This document shows positions 24,207-32,000 of a stretch of DNA of 32,000 nucleotides, in pieces. The DNA is from Archaeoglobus fulgidus DSM 4304 (GTDB lineage: Archaea; Halobacteriota; Archaeoglobi; Archaeoglobales; Archaeoglobaceae). The translations under genes were made by a program, and so were the position numbers. The stretch is from NCBI RefSeq assembly GCF_000008665.1, contig NC_000917.1:1200001-1232000 (forward strand), in the 5' to 3' direction. The number at the start of each line of letters is the position of its first letter. Position 1 is the stretch's first letter. The notes under the pieces were generated by a model, which saw nothing but the letters and a program-made list of their open reading frames with translations, made no database searches and was not told the DNA's origin.

Positions 24207-25539
24207 AGTTTCTGTAAACTTCCTCCAGCTCCCCATCCCTGAAAATCTGGATTTCAATGGGAATGACGCCGTTAACAGCATGAGTGGCGCAGGCCATGCA
24301 GGGGTCAAAGGCCCTTATGGCCACCTCAACCTTCTCCGCCAGATTCCTTGTGTCTGATGCTCTCTCAGCAACCTTCCCCACAACGTGGTTTATCGCCCTC
24401 ACATTGTGAGTTGTAGCCACAATGAGGTTTGAGCCCCTAACGATCCCCTTCTCATCAGTCCAGTAGTGGTGAATGAGCGTTCCTCTTGGAGCCTCGACTA
24501 TCCCAACTCCTTCTCCAGCAACCTTCTGCGGCTCGTTCTGAATCCTACCACCCCTGTAGCTCTGCGATAGTTCAAGCAGCCTCTCAGCGGCGTATATTAT
24601 CTCCACAGCCCTCGCAAAGTGGTTGTAGAGAAGATTGTTGCTAACGCCGTAAGTCTTAACAATTTCAGATGCCTTGGGCGTTAGCTCGGCCGTTTTTAGC
24701 CTTGCCAGTGGCCCAACGACGTAAAGTTTCTCGCCGAGAGGTTTGATTTCGGTCAGCTTGCTGTAGCTCCAGCTGAGGCTTTTTTCAGTGATGATATCAG
24801 CATACTCCTTCCCGCTGAACCTGAGAACTTCCTTTCCCTCCTCATCCTTCACCACCTGCTCACCATCGTAGAGGTTCACTAAGCCTTTCTTCTCCGTCCC
24901 AAGCGTTGCGGCCCTTAGCTCCAAACCATCACCCATGTCCAGCGCAGCTTCAAGCACCTCGACCATCCTGTAACCGAGGTCGAGCAGCTCCCTTGAGTAC
25001 CTCTCTATCAGACCGAGCTCCTCATCTGTCGGAGCTTTCGCCCACCCCCCGGGTAGGGCTGTGACGGGATGGATGTTTCTGCCCCCCAGTATCTGCAGAA
25101 TTCTAACCGCATACCCCCTCTTCCTCAGAAGCTCCCTCCCGAGCTCACCGAGGTTTCTAATTACACCAAAAATGTTCCTCTCTTCGGGAGAGAGAAAATC
25201 AGGAAGGGCAAGGGCGAGCAGAGAGAGCGTGTGGTCTTCTATGAAGTGCGCGCAGAGGAGCATCTCTCTCACAATCTTTGCCGCATCGCTCGCCTCAACA
25301 CCAAAAACCTGATCAGCAGCTTTCAGGGCTGCGGTGAAGTGGATTGCCCTGCATATTCCGCATATTGTCGATACAACTCTCGGCACCTCCTCCATTGGCA
25401 AGCCTGAAAGTATTTTCTCGTATCCCCTGAACTCCGTAGCCTGAAAGAAGGCATTTTCAACCTTTCCGCTGGAATCCAAAAAGATTGTTACCTTAGCATG
25501 CCCCTCAATTCGTGAAACGGGATTTATTTCGATTTTCAT
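24163..25539 (-). CDS. mvhA: F420-non-reducing [NiFe] hydrogenase large subunit (MvhA-type)
   Basis: RIEGH, N-terminal Ni ligand motif CGICRAIH, and C-terminal DPCMACATH followed by a 38-aa extension. Confidence 0.9.
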   Translation of the reverse strand: MKIEINPVSRIEGHAKVTIFLDSSGKVENAFFQATEFRGYEKILSGLPMEEVPRVVSTICGICRAIHFTAALKAADQVFGVEASDAAKIVREMLLCAHFIEDHTLSLLALALPDFLSPEERNIFGVIRNLGELGRELLRKRGYAVRILQILGGRNIHPVTALPGGWAKAPTDEELGLIERYSRELLDLGYRMVEVLEAALDMGDGLELRAATLGTEKKGLVNLYDGEQVVKDEEGKEVLRFSGKEYADIITEKSLSWSYSKLTEIKPLGEKLYVVGPLARLKTAELTPKASEIVKTYGVSNNLLYNHFARAVEIIYAAERLLELSQSYRGGRIQNEPQKVAGEGVGIVEAPRGTLIHHYWTDEKGIVRGSNLIVATTHNVRAINHVVGKVAERASDTRNLAEKVEVAIRAFDPCMACATHAVNGVIPIEIQIFRDGELEEVYRNYEESCCGSGQSTHS

Positions 25540-26417
25540 CTCTTCACACCTCTCAAGTGGTACCTCCTGACCTTCCCCCGCAAAGTTGAGGAGGGGAGCG
25601 TGTAGAGGTAGAGGAGCTTGCTCAGATTGGTGTAGGTCATGCTGAGAGCTTCAATTCCCTTCTCATCGGTCAGCGAGGATAGCATATCCACAAGAGCGCT
25701 ACCGTGGTCGTCAACGCTTGGGAGCATTCCACCACACCCCCTGCAAGGGGAGTTGGAGTTGGGACAGCTCGCCATGCAGTCCCCCTGAGTGGCTGGGCCG
25801 AAGCAGAGAATTCCCTGCTTAAGGAAGCACTCCTTATCGGGAACTCTCAAAAATCTACTGACTTCTCCGAACTTTTCCGACAGATTTCTGCTGCAGAACT
25901 CACACACTGATTTCCCGCTGGTTATCCATCCCCTCTCTCCCTCAAAAATGGCCTTGAAGGCGTTGTATATCTGCTCAGGAGTTGGCGGGCAGCCGCCGAT
26001 GTAGCAGTCCACCTCAACCACGCTGTCAAGAGGCTTAACGAACTCCAGCATTTCTGGAATTCTAAGATCACCAACCGATGACTTGGCGGAGCCGAAAACA
26101 TCCTCCAGAATTTCCTCCTTCGAATGTAGATTGGCAAGGCCCATTATCCCCCCACAGCTCGCACATATACCGAAGGCAACAAGGGTTTCGCTCTTCTCCC
26201 TCAGCTCCCTCACAATCTCAACATGCTCGCTGAGCCCGATGCCCCCTTCAATGAAAGCATAATCCACTTCGGGGATTCTGTCATACTTACCATCTCCGAG
26301 GGTTGGAGCTGCCCACGCAACCCTCATTCTGAAATCGTTCATCCTCTCGCCTAGATCAAGCATGGACATCGTGCATCCCGAACAGCCGTGAGCAATGTAA
26401 AAAGCCACGTCTATCAT
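25536..26417 (-). CDS. mvhG: [NiFe] hydrogenase small subunit (MvhG-type, no Tat signal)
   Basis: N-terminal AHGCSGC, GICASCGG, and distal cluster cysteines (CPNSNSPCRGCGG). It starts directly, without an RR signal peptide. Confidence 0.85.
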   Translation of the reverse strand: MIDVAFYIAHGCSGCTMSMLDLGERMNDFRMRVAWAAPTLGDGKYDRIPEVDYAFIEGGIGLSEHVEIVRELREKSETLVAFGICASCGGIMGLANLHSKEEILEDVFGSAKSSVGDLRIPEMLEFVKPLDSVVEVDCYIGGCPPTPEQIYNAFKAIFEGERGWITSGKSVCEFCSRNLSEKFGEVSRFLRVPDKECFLKQGILCFGPATQGDCMASCPNSNSPCRGCGGMLPSVDDHGSALVDMLSSLTDEKGIEALSMTYTNLSKLLYLYTLPSSTLRGKVRRYHLRGVKR

Positions 26418-26818
26418 CTTTCATCCCTCCTCAGCGGATTTGGTCCGAGCTTGCGGATTCTCTCATCAAACTCCTTTGCAAACTCCACAAACTTCCTCGC
26501 ATCAGCGCTGGAAACCTGCAGAAACTCAACTCTCCCGGATTCAAGACCAAACTCCGGAAGGAGCCTTTTCAGGAGAGCTACCTTCGTCTTCGCAATCCTG
26601 TTTCCGCTCCTATAGTGGCACTCGGAGATGGGGCAGCCGGCAACGAAAACACCGTCTGCACCGCTGAGCAAAGCTTTCAGGATGAACTCAGCATTAACCC
26701 TCCCAGAACACGGAACTCTCAGAAGTCTGATGCTTTCAGGATACTTCATTTTCAAGCTACCCGCCAAATCAGCGGCCTGATAGGCGCACCACTGACAGGC
26801 AAAACCGATAATTTTCAT
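26414..26818 (-). CDS. mvhD: methyl-viologen-reducing hydrogenase delta subunit MvhD
   Basis: 134 aa. GFACQWCAY...RVPCSGRV...AGCPISECHY is the MvhD signature. Confidence 0.9.
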   Translation of the reverse strand: MKIIGFACQWCAYQAADLAGSLKMKYPESIRLLRVPCSGRVNAEFILKALLSGADGVFVAGCPISECHYRSGNRIAKTKVALLKRLLPEFGLESGRVEFLQVSSADARKFVEFAKEFDERIRKLGPNPLRRDER

Positions 26819-27699
26819 TCTCTCCCCTCCAGAATTTCCGAAATAATCTTGCTTCTGTCAACGGAGCTGATTCTCGCCACCTTTTCCGGATTGCTGCCCA
26901 AGCAGATGGCGAGAAGCTGGGGGAAGTGGAAGACGGGGATTTCGTAGTCAATCCTCCCCAGCCTCTTGAGCCTCTTCTGCCCCTCATCAAGCTGGATGAA
27001 ACATGTAGAGCAGGCGGTAACGATAAAGTCAGGATCTATTTCCTCCTTCAGAGACTGAAGCTTCAGCTGAACAAAATCAAGGAATTTCTCATAATCCACA
27101 ATATCAATGTGGTTCCCGCAGCAGTACTCAAGCCTGCTGTAGTGAGGTGTTTCAGCACCCATTGCTTCCACCAGCTTCTTCAGCCTTTCAGGGAAAAATG
27201 GATTCTCCTCTTTGGCATCAAAAATCTTAGCTGGCCACAGCAGATGGCAGCCGGGCTGAACGCCTGCAACAAAGCCATTCAGCCTGTGCTTCAGGTTCTT
27301 CTTAATTTTGCGCTCCTCCAGAAGGTGTATTATGTGGTAAATCTTGGTCGTCCCCCTGTAAACTCTGCCAACCTTGGCGAGAATTCTGTTCACTCTCTCA
27401 CGCCACTCCTCCCTTTTCAGCATGTCTCTGGCATGGTTCAGGACGCTGTAGCAATCTCCACACCCAACAACAATGTCCAGTCCTTTCTCCTCAGCGAGGG
27501 AAATGTTTCTTGCTGAAATAGCCAACCACGCCTCGATGTCGAAGGACGGAACTGACGCCCATGTTGGACAGCAGGAGAAGTCACTTAGGTATTCAAAGGG
27601 TACATCGAGAGCTGTGAGCACCTCCCTCATCGCAAGCTCAAGGTCAGGCCTTTCGAAGGCAATTTTGCAGCCGGGAAACAGAGCGTACTTCATAAACAC
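26815..27699 (-). CDS. hdrB: heterodisulfide reductase subunit B (two CCG domains)
   Basis: Two C...CC...CxxC modules: PGCKI..FSCCPTW..GCGDC and PGCHL..YCCGNH..ACSTC. Confidence 0.85.
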   Translation of the reverse strand: MFMKYALFPGCKIAFERPDLELAMREVLTALDVPFEYLSDFSCCPTWASVPSFDIEAWLAISARNISLAEEKGLDIVVGCGDCYSVLNHARDMLKREEWRERVNRILAKVGRVYRGTTKIYHIIHLLEERKIKKNLKHRLNGFVAGVQPGCHLLWPAKIFDAKEENPFFPERLKKLVEAMGAETPHYSRLEYCCGNHIDIVDYEKFLDFVQLKLQSLKEEIDPDFIVTACSTCFIQLDEGQKRLKRLGRIDYEIPVFHFPQLLAICLGSNPEKVARISSVDRSKIISEILEGRE

Positions 27700-27700
27700 C

Positions 27701-28183
27701 TCACCGAATTAAGCCCAGCTGGGACATCTCAGTGCATTCAATGATCTTTTCAACTTCATCCACACTGCCAATTTCGGGAAGGTCGAATTCAGCTCTCAGT
27801 TCGTTGTTAATCTGCACGGCAAAGCCAGTAGTATAAACCCTCCTCAAAAGCTCCTCAGCCCTTGAGGGAATAGAGAATTCCCTCGTCTGAATTCTTCTGA
27901 AGGCAAAGTAAACGTGAAATGGGTTTACATCTCTCGTGCAGATTTCTATGCACCTCCCGCACGCAACACAGGCCCACGGGGAGGGGTCGAAGAGAATGTC
28001 CTCCCTCAGGCCGAGAGTTATAACCTTGAAGAGCTTCTTGTTGGGGAAGTTGAAACCAGCAATTGCAACAGGGCAGACCGACATGCACGCTCCGCACTGG
28101 ATGCATCTCCCAATTCCTTCCCCACCAAACTTTGAAACCTCCTCCACAACGTCATCATGCCTTGGCAGCCTCACAACTCTCAT
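27701..28183 (-). CDS. hdrC: heterodisulfide reductase subunit C (2x[4Fe-4S])
   Basis: CIQCGACMSVCP and CVACGRCIEICTRD. Confidence 0.85.
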   Translation of the reverse strand: MRVVRLPRHDDVVEEVSKFGGEGIGRCIQCGACMSVCPVAIAGFNFPNKKLFKVITLGLREDILFDPSPWACVACGRCIEICTRDVNPFHVYFAFRRIQTREFSIPSRAEELLRRVYTTGFAVQINNELRAEFDLPEIGSVDEVEKIIECTEMSQLGLIR

Positions 28184-30159
28184 AATATCGCCTCCAGCTG
28201 GGAGAGAATTTGCTCTCTTGTGAATCCAGCTAAATCAACAGCGTTGGCAGGGCAGACGGAGCTGCAGATTCCGCACCCCTTGCACCTTCTCGTGTCAACC
28301 TCAGCCCTCCCGTTAACGGATATGGCCTCGTAAGGACAGGCGCTCGCGCATATACCGCACCCCGTGCAGAGTTTTTCATCAACAGTAGCCAAAAAGGGCT
28401 CAAGCTGTATGAAGTCCCTTCCGAGAATTGCCGCTGCTCCCGCGGCAGCCGCCTTTGCCTGAGAAACAGTCTCGGAAATGTCCTTTGGCCCCTGACAGCA
28501 TCCGGCGATAAAAATCCCGTCAAGCCAGCTCTCAACCGACCTCAGCTTGGGGTGGTCTTCCTTCAGGAATCCTGAGGTGTCAACGGAGATTCCAAGATTC
28601 TTTGCCAGCTTCCTTGCATCCTCACTCAGCTCTATAGCAGTTGCGAGGACAACCAAATCCGCCTCAACTTCCACAGGAGTGCCGATGTCAGCATCAAATC
28701 CGAGAACTCTAAGCCTGCCATCTGGAAGCTCCTCAATTCCCCCCACCTTGCCCCTGATAATCTTAATCCCCATCTGCCTCGACTGGGTGTAGTACTCCTC
28801 CAAGTCCTTCCCCGGAGCCCTGACGTCAATCATGTGTATGTAAACGTCAATTTCCGGGTTTCTTTCTTTAATTAGCCTAGCCTGCTTGAGCATGTACATG
28901 CAGCAAACTTTGGAGCAGTAGGTGTGGTACCTCACGTCCCTGCTTCCCACGCATGAAATGAACGACACAGTTTCAGGCTTCTTCATGTCGGATGGCCTGA
29001 GAACCTTCCCAGCTGTGGGGCCCGTGGGGGAAAGAATTCTCTCAAACTGCAACGCTGTAATCACGTTGGGAGAGGGAGGGAGGTACTCCTTGAAGTTCTG
29101 CTTTTTCATAACCTCGTAGCCAACGGCAACAACTATTGCACCAACGTTAACCTCAACAATCTCGCCCTCCGGATTCCACTCTAACGACCTGTTTATCGCC
29201 CCCGTAGGGCAGGCTTTCTCACATGGGGCGAGGTACTCCTTCCCTCCTCTCAAAAATCTTCTCGTGCCAAGCGTCTTCTTCCCGCAGTTCACACAGCTTT
29301 TTGGGTCGTGAACGGCCTTCCTCGGTATTGCGTAGGGAGAAGCGATGTACATTGCCCTTCTCTTCGTTAAGCCCTCATTGAACTCATCCTCAGTAACCGC
29401 TCTTGGAGGGCAGGCCTCAACACACGCCCCACAGCCTATGCACTTGTCCCAGTCAACATAAGTCTGCTTCTTCCTGATTTTCACCTGAAAATTCCCCACA
29501 GAGCCTTTAACCTCCTCAACTTCCGCATAAGTAATCAGCTCGACTAAGGGGCTCGATGAAACCTCTGAAATAAGAGGATAAAGGACACAGGAAGAGCAGT
29601 CGTTCATCGGGAAAATCCGATCAAACTTCATCATCTTTCCGCCTATGGATGGCTCCTTCTCAACCAGATAAACCTTAAACCCCATTTTTGAGAGCTCAAT
29701 GGCCGCAGTTATGCCCGCCACACCCCCGCCAATAACCAGAGCACTATCGTTAACATCCAGACACAGCTCCTCAAGAGGCTGGAGCTTTCTCGCCTTGGCT
29801 ATCGACGATGCCAGCAAACTCTTGGCTTTTTCGGTCGCATTCTTCTCATGCACCCAGCTGCACTGCTCTCTGATGTTGGCAATCTCAAGCATGTATTTTG
29901 ATATCCCGGCCTTCTCAAGAGTTGCTCTGAAAAACTTCTCGTGATTTTTTGGGGAACAGGCGGCAATAACCACCCTATCAACCTTTCCCGACTTTATATC
30001 GTCCCTAATCATCTCCTGCGCAATTTCGGAGCACATGAAGAGGTGATCCCTGACAACGCTAACCCCCTCACTGCTCTTCGCAAACTCCACCAGCTCATCA
30101 ATATCGACGTTTGAAGAGATGTTCTCACCGCAGTGACACACGTAAACGCCAATTTTCAT
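28180..30159 (-). CDS. hdrA: heterodisulfide reductase subunit A (FAD, multiple Fe-S; electron-bifurcating subunit)
   Basis: 659 aa. Dinucleotide fold VIGGGVAGITAA, ISCVGSRD, an inserted ferredoxin CIGCGACVEACP, and C-terminal CTGCGICASACP/CKGCGICSSVCP. Confidence 0.9.
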   Translation of the reverse strand: MKIGVYVCHCGENISSNVDIDELVEFAKSSEGVSVVRDHLFMCSEIAQEMIRDDIKSGKVDRVVIAACSPKNHEKFFRATLEKAGISKYMLEIANIREQCSWVHEKNATEKAKSLLASSIAKARKLQPLEELCLDVNDSALVIGGGVAGITAAIELSKMGFKVYLVEKEPSIGGKMMKFDRIFPMNDCSSCVLYPLISEVSSSPLVELITYAEVEEVKGSVGNFQVKIRKKQTYVDWDKCIGCGACVEACPPRAVTEDEFNEGLTKRRAMYIASPYAIPRKAVHDPKSCVNCGKKTLGTRRFLRGGKEYLAPCEKACPTGAINRSLEWNPEGEIVEVNVGAIVVAVGYEVMKKQNFKEYLPPSPNVITALQFERILSPTGPTAGKVLRPSDMKKPETVSFISCVGSRDVRYHTYCSKVCCMYMLKQARLIKERNPEIDVYIHMIDVRAPGKDLEEYYTQSRQMGIKIIRGKVGGIEELPDGRLRVLGFDADIGTPVEVEADLVVLATAIELSEDARKLAKNLGISVDTSGFLKEDHPKLRSVESWLDGIFIAGCCQGPKDISETVSQAKAAAAGAAAILGRDFIQLEPFLATVDEKLCTGCGICASACPYEAISVNGRAEVDTRRCKGCGICSSVCPANAVDLAGFTREQILSQLEAIL

Positions 30160-30190
30160 CCAAATTCATTTGAATTCCAGCTTTAAATCA

Positions 30191-30200
30191 TTTTATAAAT
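30191..30200 (-). promoter_or_regulatory. TATA-like box for the hdr-mvh operon
   Basis: The minus strand reads ATTTATAAAA, 32-41 nt upstream of the hdrA ATG (30159). Confidence 0.4.
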
Positions 30201-30209
30201 AATTACATA

Positions 30210-30277
30210 CATGAAAAATTGTAAAAGTTAATAGATGCATGAAAAATTGTGCAATTTTTAGTTGAAAAAAGTTAATA
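30210..30277. repeat. composite direct repeat in the vht/hdr intergenic region
   Basis: CATGAAAAATTGT at 30210-30222 and again at 30238-30250. AAAAGTTAATA at 30223-30233 and again at 30267-30277. The second unit carries a 16-nt insert. Confidence 0.6.
30265..30270 (-). terminator. oligo-T tract (minus strand) downstream of the vht operon
   Basis: A6 on the plus strand is T6 on the minus strand, about 30 nt after the protease stop at 30299. Confidence 0.35.
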
Positions 30278-30298
30278 AATTAATATGTTAACTAACTT

Positions 30299-30805
30299 TT
30301 ATGTGGGAGCTGGCTTTAGTCGTTGGACTCGCGTTCTTCGGATCCTCGCTCTTCTACCTGATGAGGGAGTGACCAGTTTAACAATTCTTTTTACCACTTT
30401 TTTTACGGCCTCCTCAGCTTCAGAGGACATCTCAGAAAACTCTGCAAGGTTTTTCACCTCTGCACCGATGAGAATCACTCTGGGCATTGCCTGAATCGCA
30501 CTCATCGCCGATATGGCGTAGAAAATGTCGAGGTCGTGGATTGACGCAATTTTCCTTTTCAGCACTCTCTCGACCGGTAACCTGTAAACTCTCCCCGGCT
30601 TTCCGCCGAAATTGACCGCATCAACTATCACAACGACGTCGTAAAAAAAGAAGTAATTCACGAGATCAAAGCTTCCCGTTCCACCATCCATCACGGTGAC
30701 GTTTTTTGGCAGCCTTCTTCGCTTGAGCTCCTCCACAACTCTGATGCCGAGGCCATCATCACCCATCAGCGGGTTCCCTACTCCCACGACCAGAATCCGA
30801 GACAA
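30299..30805 (-). CDS. vhtD: [NiFe] hydrogenase maturation endopeptidase (VhtD/HyaD-type)
   Basis: MSRILVVGVGNPLMGDDGLG is the canonical protease N-terminus. 168 aa. Confidence 0.85.
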   Translation of the reverse strand: MSRILVVGVGNPLMGDDGLGIRVVEELKRRRLPKNVTVMDGGTGSFDLVNYFFFYDVVVIVDAVNFGGKPGRVYRLPVERVLKRKIASIHDLDIFYAISAMSAIQAMPRVILIGAEVKNLAEFSEMSSEAEEAVKKVVKRIVKLVTPSSGRRARIRRTRVQRLKPAPT

Positions 30806-31454
30806 CTTTTTCCCTCCTGTAGCCGCTTATCATTGATGACAGCGTTCCGAATATCGTTGCTGCGTAGGCGTGCATTATCATCACTGTTGCATAGAGAAAC
30901 ATCGTCAGCCTGTGAAGACCTCTTATGAATGCGTAGCTGTTGTCAGTCCCGAAAAGTAATCCCATCTTCTCGGCAGCAGAATACACCGGGCCGAAGTATT
31001 CAGGATAGAGCATTGCCAGCCCCGTAATCCCTATGATTGCCGTAAGAAGTACATACGTCCAGAAGACGAGCACCTGACTTGGGATTATTTTCTCAACATA
31101 TTCCCTCCTTCTTGGGTCGTAGGCTCTTGGGTCGCCAACATGTCCACCCTTTATCCACGCAACAGCCTCCTCCAATACGAACTTGATGCTGTAGGGTATC
31201 CTTGAAGGTTTGATCCACTTCCACTCCTCTGCGATGCTGAAGTACATGAACAGAGTCCACAGCCCAGCGAAGACGAAGCTCATCCTTATGTGAAGTGCGT
31301 AAGCATCATCGAAAAGGGTAAACCCAAAAAGTTTTGAGAGCTGCATTCCTGAGAGGGCGGTGATTATCCCAGTAACCACTATTCCCCAGTGGCAGCTCCT
31401 CACAAACTTCGAGTGCCTTTCAACGGCCACACTTCCGCATTTCTTGCACTCCAT
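30759..31454 (-). CDS. vhtC: hydrogenase b-type cytochrome membrane subunit (VhtC/HyaC-type)
   Basis: 231 aa with four hydrophobic spans and an N-proximal RHSKFVRSCHWG, the HyaC-like R..HW motif. It sits between the large subunit and protease genes. Confidence 0.75.
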   Translation of the reverse strand: MECKKCGSVAVERHSKFVRSCHWGIVVTGIITALSGMQLSKLFGFTLFDDAYALHIRMSFVFAGLWTLFMYFSIAEEWKWIKPSRIPYSIKFVLEEAVAWIKGGHVGDPRAYDPRRREYVEKIIPSQVLVFWTYVLLTAIIGITGLAMLYPEYFGPVYSAAEKMGLLFGTDNSYAFIRGLHRLTMFLYATVMIMHAYAATIFGTLSSMISGYRREKVVSDSGRGSREPADG

Positions 31455-31455
31455 A

Positions 31456-32000
31456 CTACCTCACCACGTGGACAGCGCAGGCAATGCACGGGTCGAAGCT
31501 TCTGACGACCATCAGGGTGAGAGAGGTGTTGTAAATCTGGCCGTTCAGCCTTTCAATGTTCAGCTCTGCAAGGCCGAGGGGTGTTAGGGCTGCAGCTAAG
31601 GCATCTCCCCAGCTCATCGCTCCCAAACCCAAGGCGGAGAGGTCAACGTCCTTTTCGGGGTAGATGGCGTTGCAGATTTCAGGTACACTCAGATTTGGCA
31701 GCCAAGTACCCTCTAATGCTGTTTCAACTGGCCCGGGCTGCCCGAAATCGTCTCTTGGGCTTAGATTCCACGTGCTTGGCACAACACACTGGTAGTTGGC
31801 TATTTTGTGGTCTTTAACTTTAATGTAGTGCAGCAAACCTCCTCTTGGCGCATCCCAGAGGCCAAAACCCTCGCCCTCCTTCGGCACATTCCTGTAGTTG
31901 GTAACCTTCTGGTTGGTGTAGGATTTCAGCTCAAGCAACCACTCAAAGACTTTCTGCGAAGTTAAGATTGTAAGAGCGACTCTCGCAGCGAGCCTGTCAA
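31456..32000 (-). CDS. vhtA: [NiFe] hydrogenase large subunit, C-terminal part (VhtA-type); gene continues past the right edge
   Basis: It ends ...SFDPCIACAVHVVR, with the DPCxxCxxH Ni ligand motif. The frame stays open upstream of the track's Met at 31938, to the window end. Confidence 0.9.
   Translation of the reverse strand, partial: DRLAARVALTILTSQKVFEWLLELKSYTNQKVTNYRNVPKEGEGFGLWDAPRGGLLHYIKVKDHKIANYQCVVPSTWNLSPRDDFGQPGPVETALEGTWLPNLSVPEICNAIYPEKDVDLSALGLGAMSWGDALAAALTPLGLAELNIERLNGQIYNTSLTLMVVRSFDPCIACAVHVVR

Noticed and set aside
26926-27516. 196-aa plus-strand ORF opposite hdrB, plus similar antisense ORFs in hdrA, hdrC, mvhA, mvhG and pst genes
   Set aside because: There are no motifs, and each overlaps fully with genes that carry diagnostic Fe-S/CCG, Ni-ligand or ABC motifs.
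28180-30159. Looked for an in-frame TGA (selenocysteine) in hdrA and in the hydrogenase large subunits, as seen in some methanogen homologues
   Set aside because: All these ORFs are uninterrupted, and the relevant positions are Cys (ISCVGSRD; DPCMACATH; DPCIACAVH). There is no recoding signal to report.
1-32000. Scan for CRISPR arrays, tRNA/rRNA genes, long tandem repeats and prophage or defence-gene signatures
   Set aside because: Intergenic space is short, with the largest gaps at 6639-6876, 17975-18270 and 30160-30298. It holds no spaced repeat array or cloverleaf-like sequence that I could recognise by eye. No nuclease, methylase or toxin-antitoxin-like ORFs were seen.

Overview
Densely packed archaeal chromosomal window of about 41 genes. 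Many first genes sit about 25 nt after a TATA-like box, so they look leaderless, and operon-internal genes have ATGA or 4-nt overlaps. Gene content, and my unverifiable recollection, point to an Archaeoglobus-type sulfate-reducing euryarchaeon. From left to right: (1) two tandem AMP-phosphorylase (deoA-type) paralogues, two metallo-beta-lactamase-fold proteins, tatC, a YunC-like gene, a frameshift-split nreA, and a wHTH + rubredoxin pair. (2) An IS630-family insertion sequence (orfA/orfB joined at an A7 tract) sits directly against the start codon of a PD40-like lipoprotein gene, which is followed by a membrane-anchored CGHC DsbA-like oxidoreductase. (3) A phosphate module: an AbrB-PhoU fusion regulator lies divergent from a translationally coupled pstS-pstC-pstA-pstB-phoU-arsC operon, with a repeated GATG(G)TAT motif in the spacer. 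(4) An overlapped trio of a bactofilin-like double beta-helix protein, a small protein and an Obg/YchF-type GTPase; this is my best candidate for an undescribed module. (5) An orphan 53-codon Cys-rich ORF. (6) A hydrogen-metabolism island of about 14 kb: hypE-hypF divergent from hypA-B-C-D, then hdrA-hdrC-hdrB-mvhD-mvhG-mvhA-protease, then the 3' part of a vht-type operon (large subunit, cytochrome b, protease). I found no rRNA, tRNA or CRISPR array. All homology calls come from motif recognition by eye; no database search was run.
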